From the NCBI GenBank assembly GCA_965248755.1, contig OZ252149.1:2048001-2112000 (forward strand): a stretch of DNA of 64,000 bases, in the 5' to 3' direction. Below, one piece after another: positions 60,702 to 64,000 of this stretch. Position 1 is the first letter of the stretch; every line of letters begins with the position of its first letter. The notes beneath the pieces are model-generated. The model was not told the DNA's origin. It saw only the letters and a program-made list of their open reading frames with translations, and made no database searches. The position numbers and the translations under genes are program-made. Origin of the DNA: Candidatus Latescibacterota bacterium (GTDB lineage Bacteria > Latescibacterota > CBDEFO01).

Positions 60702-60779
60702 CACTGTTTGTCGGCCTAACAAGCGCATGAAGCTGACAGGAGATTTTGAGAGTTATATGAGAACACAGCGGGAAACACA

Positions 60780-62801
60780 ATGATAGAATTGGCCTGTATA
60801 GTACTGCTTTTACCTCTCTTGGCCTTCACCATACAGATATTTGTGGGCAAAAGACTCCCAAGAGGGGGAGACTGGCTCCCCACTGGGGCTATGTTTCTTT
60901 GTCTGGGACTCTCCGTAGTAATCTTGGCCAAAGTGTTAGCGGCGTACGATCCCGACTATAAAGAGACCTTTTCCTTTATGTGGATCGATATCGGCGACTT
61001 CAGAGTTGAAGGGGGCATCCTCTTGGACAACGTCACGGCCATTATGCTTGTGGTCGTGACTCTGGTAAGTGCTCTTGTGCACCTCTACTCTATAGGCTAC
61101 ATGCACGATGATCCACTCTACTCTCGCTTCTTCGCGTACTTGGGTCTATTCTCTTTTTCGATGTTAGGGCTTGTGCTCTCTGATAATTTTCTTTTCTTAT
61201 ACTGCTTCTGGGAGCTTGTGGGGCTTACCTCATATCTCTTGATAGGCTTCTGGTTCGAACGCCCTGCCGCCGCCTCTGCCGGAAAGAAAGCCTTTATCGT
61301 TACAAGGATAGGCGACGTGGGGATGTTCATAGGGATAATGATAATCTTCAGTCAGATCGGTAAATTCGGCTATCAGGGCGTATTCGACAGCGTGGCACAG
61401 GGAGAACTCAGCGGAACGCTTTTGACCGTTGCCGGTGTTTGCATCTTCTTCGGAGCAGTCGGGAAATCCGCGCAGTTTCCGCTCCACGTCTGGCTCCCGG
61501 ATGCGATGGAGGGTCCCACTCCCGTTAGTGCGCTTATACACGCCGCAACGATGGTCGCAGCAGGCGTCTATCTTGTGGTCAGGGTGTTTCCATTCCTCTC
61601 ACCCGATGCACTCACGTTCATCGCATATACAGGAGTCATAACAGCCTTCCTCGGCGCGACCATAGCGATAGCCCAAAACGACATAAAGCGCGTCCTTGCC
61701 TACTCCACCATAAGCCAACTTGGATATATGATGCTCGGACTCGGCGTCGGAGCATATGTAGCAGGCTTCTTTCATCTGGTAACACACGCGGCATTTAAGG
61801 CATGCCTCTTCCTCTGCTCAGGCTCTGTCATCCACGCCCTCGGCACGCAGGATATGAGAGAGATGGGCGGGCTCAAAGATAAGATGCCCATAACTTTCAA
61901 GACGATGCTCATCGCCACGTTAGCAATTTCCGGCGTCCCTTTGACATCGGGGTTTTTAAGCAAAGACGCCATCCTTGCGGGAAGTTTGGGATTCGGCTTC
62001 TTCGAGCAACCCCGGCACATGCTGTTGCCGCTATTAGGATTTATCACCGCCGGAATGACGGCATTCTATATGTTCAGACTGATATTTATGACCTTCTACG
62101 GCCAACCCAGAGACAGAGAAAAATATGAGCACGCACACGAATCTCCAAAGTCGATGACGATACCTTTGGTAGTCCTTTCGTCTTTGACTTTTTTCTTTTT
62201 CTACACATTTAACTTCAACCCCTTCTCCACATCTGGCTGGTTCTATGATATAATCCATAAGCCCGCATCGAGCGTCCACCAAGCTGTGGGAACAGTGGAT
62301 GCAGGCTATGTCCTCGCCTCATCGGAAGCCCACGACCCTGCGCACATTCCCGCCCTGATGCTCTCCCTCCTTATAGCAGCAGGGGGCATATATCTTGCTT
62401 ATTTGACCTATTACAAGGGAAGAATCTCGGCGGACGCTTGGGCTGACAGATTCAGCTTCACCTATAGACTCATATATAACAAATGGTACTTCGATGAACT
62501 TTATCACTTTATAGTCATCCGACCTACACTTGCCATCAGATCGTTTTTAGGATGGTTCGACCAGAAGGTCATCGACGGCGTCGTCAACGGAGCCGCCCGC
62601 ATCACCACGTTCATTTCATTCCTTGAGGGACGCTTCGACAATATAGTTATAGACGGACTCGTCAACCAGACTGCAGGAGCTGTAATAGGGGCAGGATCTA
62701 TCTTCAGAAAGATACAGACAGGAAGGGTACAGACATATATTATGTTCGCCCTTGTGGGAGCGATTATCATATTTTTGATACGTGTGGCTGTAGAAAAATA
62801 A
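60780..62801 (+). CDS. nuoL: NADH-quinone oxidoreductase subunit L
   Basis: YS.GYM, WELVGL.SY.LIGF, GKSAQFPLHVWLPDAMEGPTPVSAL. Confidence 0.97.
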   Translation: MIELACIVLLLPLLAFTIQIFVGKRLPRGGDWLPTGAMFLCLGLSVVILAKVLAAYDPDYKETFSFMWIDIGDFRVEGGILLDNVTAIMLVVVTLVSALVHLYSIGYMHDDPLYSRFFAYLGLFSFSMLGLVLSDNFLFLYCFWELVGLTSYLLIGFWFERPAAASAGKKAFIVTRIGDVGMFIGIMIIFSQIGKFGYQGVFDSVAQGELSGTLLTVAGVCIFFGAVGKSAQFPLHVWLPDAMEGPTPVSALIHAATMVAAGVYLVVRVFPFLSPDALTFIAYTGVITAFLGATIAIAQNDIKRVLAYSTISQLGYMMLGLGVGAYVAGFFHLVTHAAFKACLFLCSGSVIHALGTQDMREMGGLKDKMPITFKTMLIATLAISGVPLTSGFLSKDAILAGSLGFGFFEQPRHMLLPLLGFITAGMTAFYMFRLIFMTFYGQPRDREKYEHAHESPKSMTIPLVVLSSLTFFFFYTFNFNPFSTSGWFYDIIHKPASSVHQAVGTVDAGYVLASSEAHDPAHIPALMLSLLIAAGGIYLAYLTYYKGRISADAWADRFSFTYRLIYNKWYFDELYHFIVIRPTLAIRSFLGWFDQKVIDGVVNGAARITTFISFLEGRFDNIVIDGLVNQTAGAVIGAGSIFRKIQTGRVQTYIMFALVGAIIIFLIRVAVEK

Positions 62802-62841
62802 CCGCGAACTATATATCCAAACTCAGGAGGAACATTAGCTG

Positions 62842-64000
62842 ATGCCGATACTTACACCCATAGTATTCGTCCCGCTGCTGGGAGCTTTGATAATCCTGCT
62901 GATCCCTAAGCAAAACGAAAGGGCCATTAAGATCGTAGCCCTCATAGCCACAGCGGCATGCGTCCTCCTTGCTTTCAATCTATACAATTCGTTTGACCGA
63001 AGTACGACTGAAATGCAGTTTGTCGAACGGCACAGTTGGATCGAATCCTTCAATATAGAATATTTTCTGGGGATAGATGGACTCTCAGTCACGATGGTCC
63101 TTCTGACCGCCCTTTTATCCTTCCTATGCATCCCCGTATCGTGGAAGATTAGCAAAGGTATAAAGGGCTACTTTGCGCTCTTTCTGCTCTTGGAGACCGG
63201 GATGCAGGGCGTATTCTGTTCTCTGGACTTCTTTTTGTTCTACGTATTCTGGGAGGTAATGCTTTTGCCGATGTACTTCCTCATAGGGGTATGGGGCGGC
63301 CCGCGGCGCGAATATGCGGCCATCAAGTTTTTCCTCTACACCCTTTTAGGGAGCGTCGTTCTCTTGTTGGCGATGCTGGCGTTCTACTTCACGACGGAGC
63401 CTCACACGTTCGATATGACGGCACTCATGACCCACAGATACGGCTTCACGTTCCAGATTGCGGTCTATGTAGCTATGTTTATCGGTTTTGCCATTAAGGT
63501 TCCGATATTTCCTTTCCATACGTGGCTCCCCGATGCGCACGTGGAGGCCCCGACAGCCGTAAGCGTCATTTTAGCTGGCGTCCTTTTGAAGATGGGGACT
63601 TACGGCATCCTGCGTTTTAACTTTCAGATGCTCCCAGACGCTACTAAGTACTTCGCAATTCCACTGGCTATACTCGGAGTCATAAACATAATCTACGGGG
63701 CGCTGTGTGCGATGGCACAAACGGATCTCAAGAAGTTGGTGGCATATTCGAGCATAAGCCATATGGGATTCGTACTCCTGGGTGCCGCTTCGTTGACCTC
63801 GGCCGGGATAAACGGAGCCGTCCTTCAGATGTTCAATCACGGCACTACTACGGCCATGCTCTTCTTGCTCGTCGGCGTCATCTACGACAGAGCGCACCAC
63901 AGAGACATTAATGGATTCGGAGGTCTTGGCTCTAAGATGCCCATCTACACGGGCATCACATCATTGGCTTTCTTCGCTTCGCTGGGGCTTCCGGGTCTTT
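62842..64000 (+). CDS. nuoM: NADH-quinone oxidoreductase subunit M (3' end outside window)
   Basis: AGGAGG RBS; MPILTPI..GIDGLS..FYVFWE..L.PMYFLIG.WGG..HTWLPDAHVEAPT. Confidence 0.95.
   Translation, partial: MPILTPIVFVPLLGALIILLIPKQNERAIKIVALIATAACVLLAFNLYNSFDRSTTEMQFVERHSWIESFNIEYFLGIDGLSVTMVLLTALLSFLCIPVSWKISKGIKGYFALFLLLETGMQGVFCSLDFFLFYVFWEVMLLPMYFLIGVWGGPRREYAAIKFFLYTLLGSVVLLLAMLAFYFTTEPHTFDMTALMTHRYGFTFQIAVYVAMFIGFAIKVPIFPFHTWLPDAHVEAPTAVSVILAGVLLKMGTYGILRFNFQMLPDATKYFAIPLAILGVINIIYGALCAMAQTDLKKLVAYSSISHMGFVLLGAASLTSAGINGAVLQMFNHGTTTAMLFLLVGVIYDRAHHRDINGFGGLGSKMPIYTGITSLAFFASLGLPGL

Overview
Bacterial chromosomal window, probably from an FCB-group or related lineage such as Ca. Latescibacterota. 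That is an inference from a FlgD-Ig/PNPFNP C-terminal sorting domain and several dockerin-like 'DFDGD.EV.LSDFV.F' modules. Housekeeping genes include glyA, hpt, purD, era, purQ, recD2, queG, cysS, ispDF, tRNA-Thr(TGT) and a membrane-arm-only nuoA-H-J-K-L-M operon. They are mixed with an RND efflux operon, an NSAR/M20/GNAT cluster, a methyltransferase-hydantoinase cluster, secreted cohesin/dockerin/FG-GAP/PKD proteins, an IS3 element, a decayed IS481-like element and about eight pseudogenes. The main unexplained structure is a 21-bp palindrome (CCCCGATTGAATCTATCGGGG, about 15 copies). It sits between genes, in frame inside proteins, and supplies the stop codons of two genes; a second repeat family encodes parts of signal peptides. 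Other points: the IS3 is inserted in the loop of a REP hairpin with a 4-bp duplication; an ankyrin gene with attC-like ends lies inside the nuo operon; glyA is archaeal-type and has a 55-bp copy upstream; purD appears to start at ATT; there is a Schlafen plus beta-rich-domain protein and a decayed lambda-O-like initiator with 22-bp-phased iterons. No CRISPR array or rRNA was seen. All product calls come from motif recognition by eye; no searches were run.
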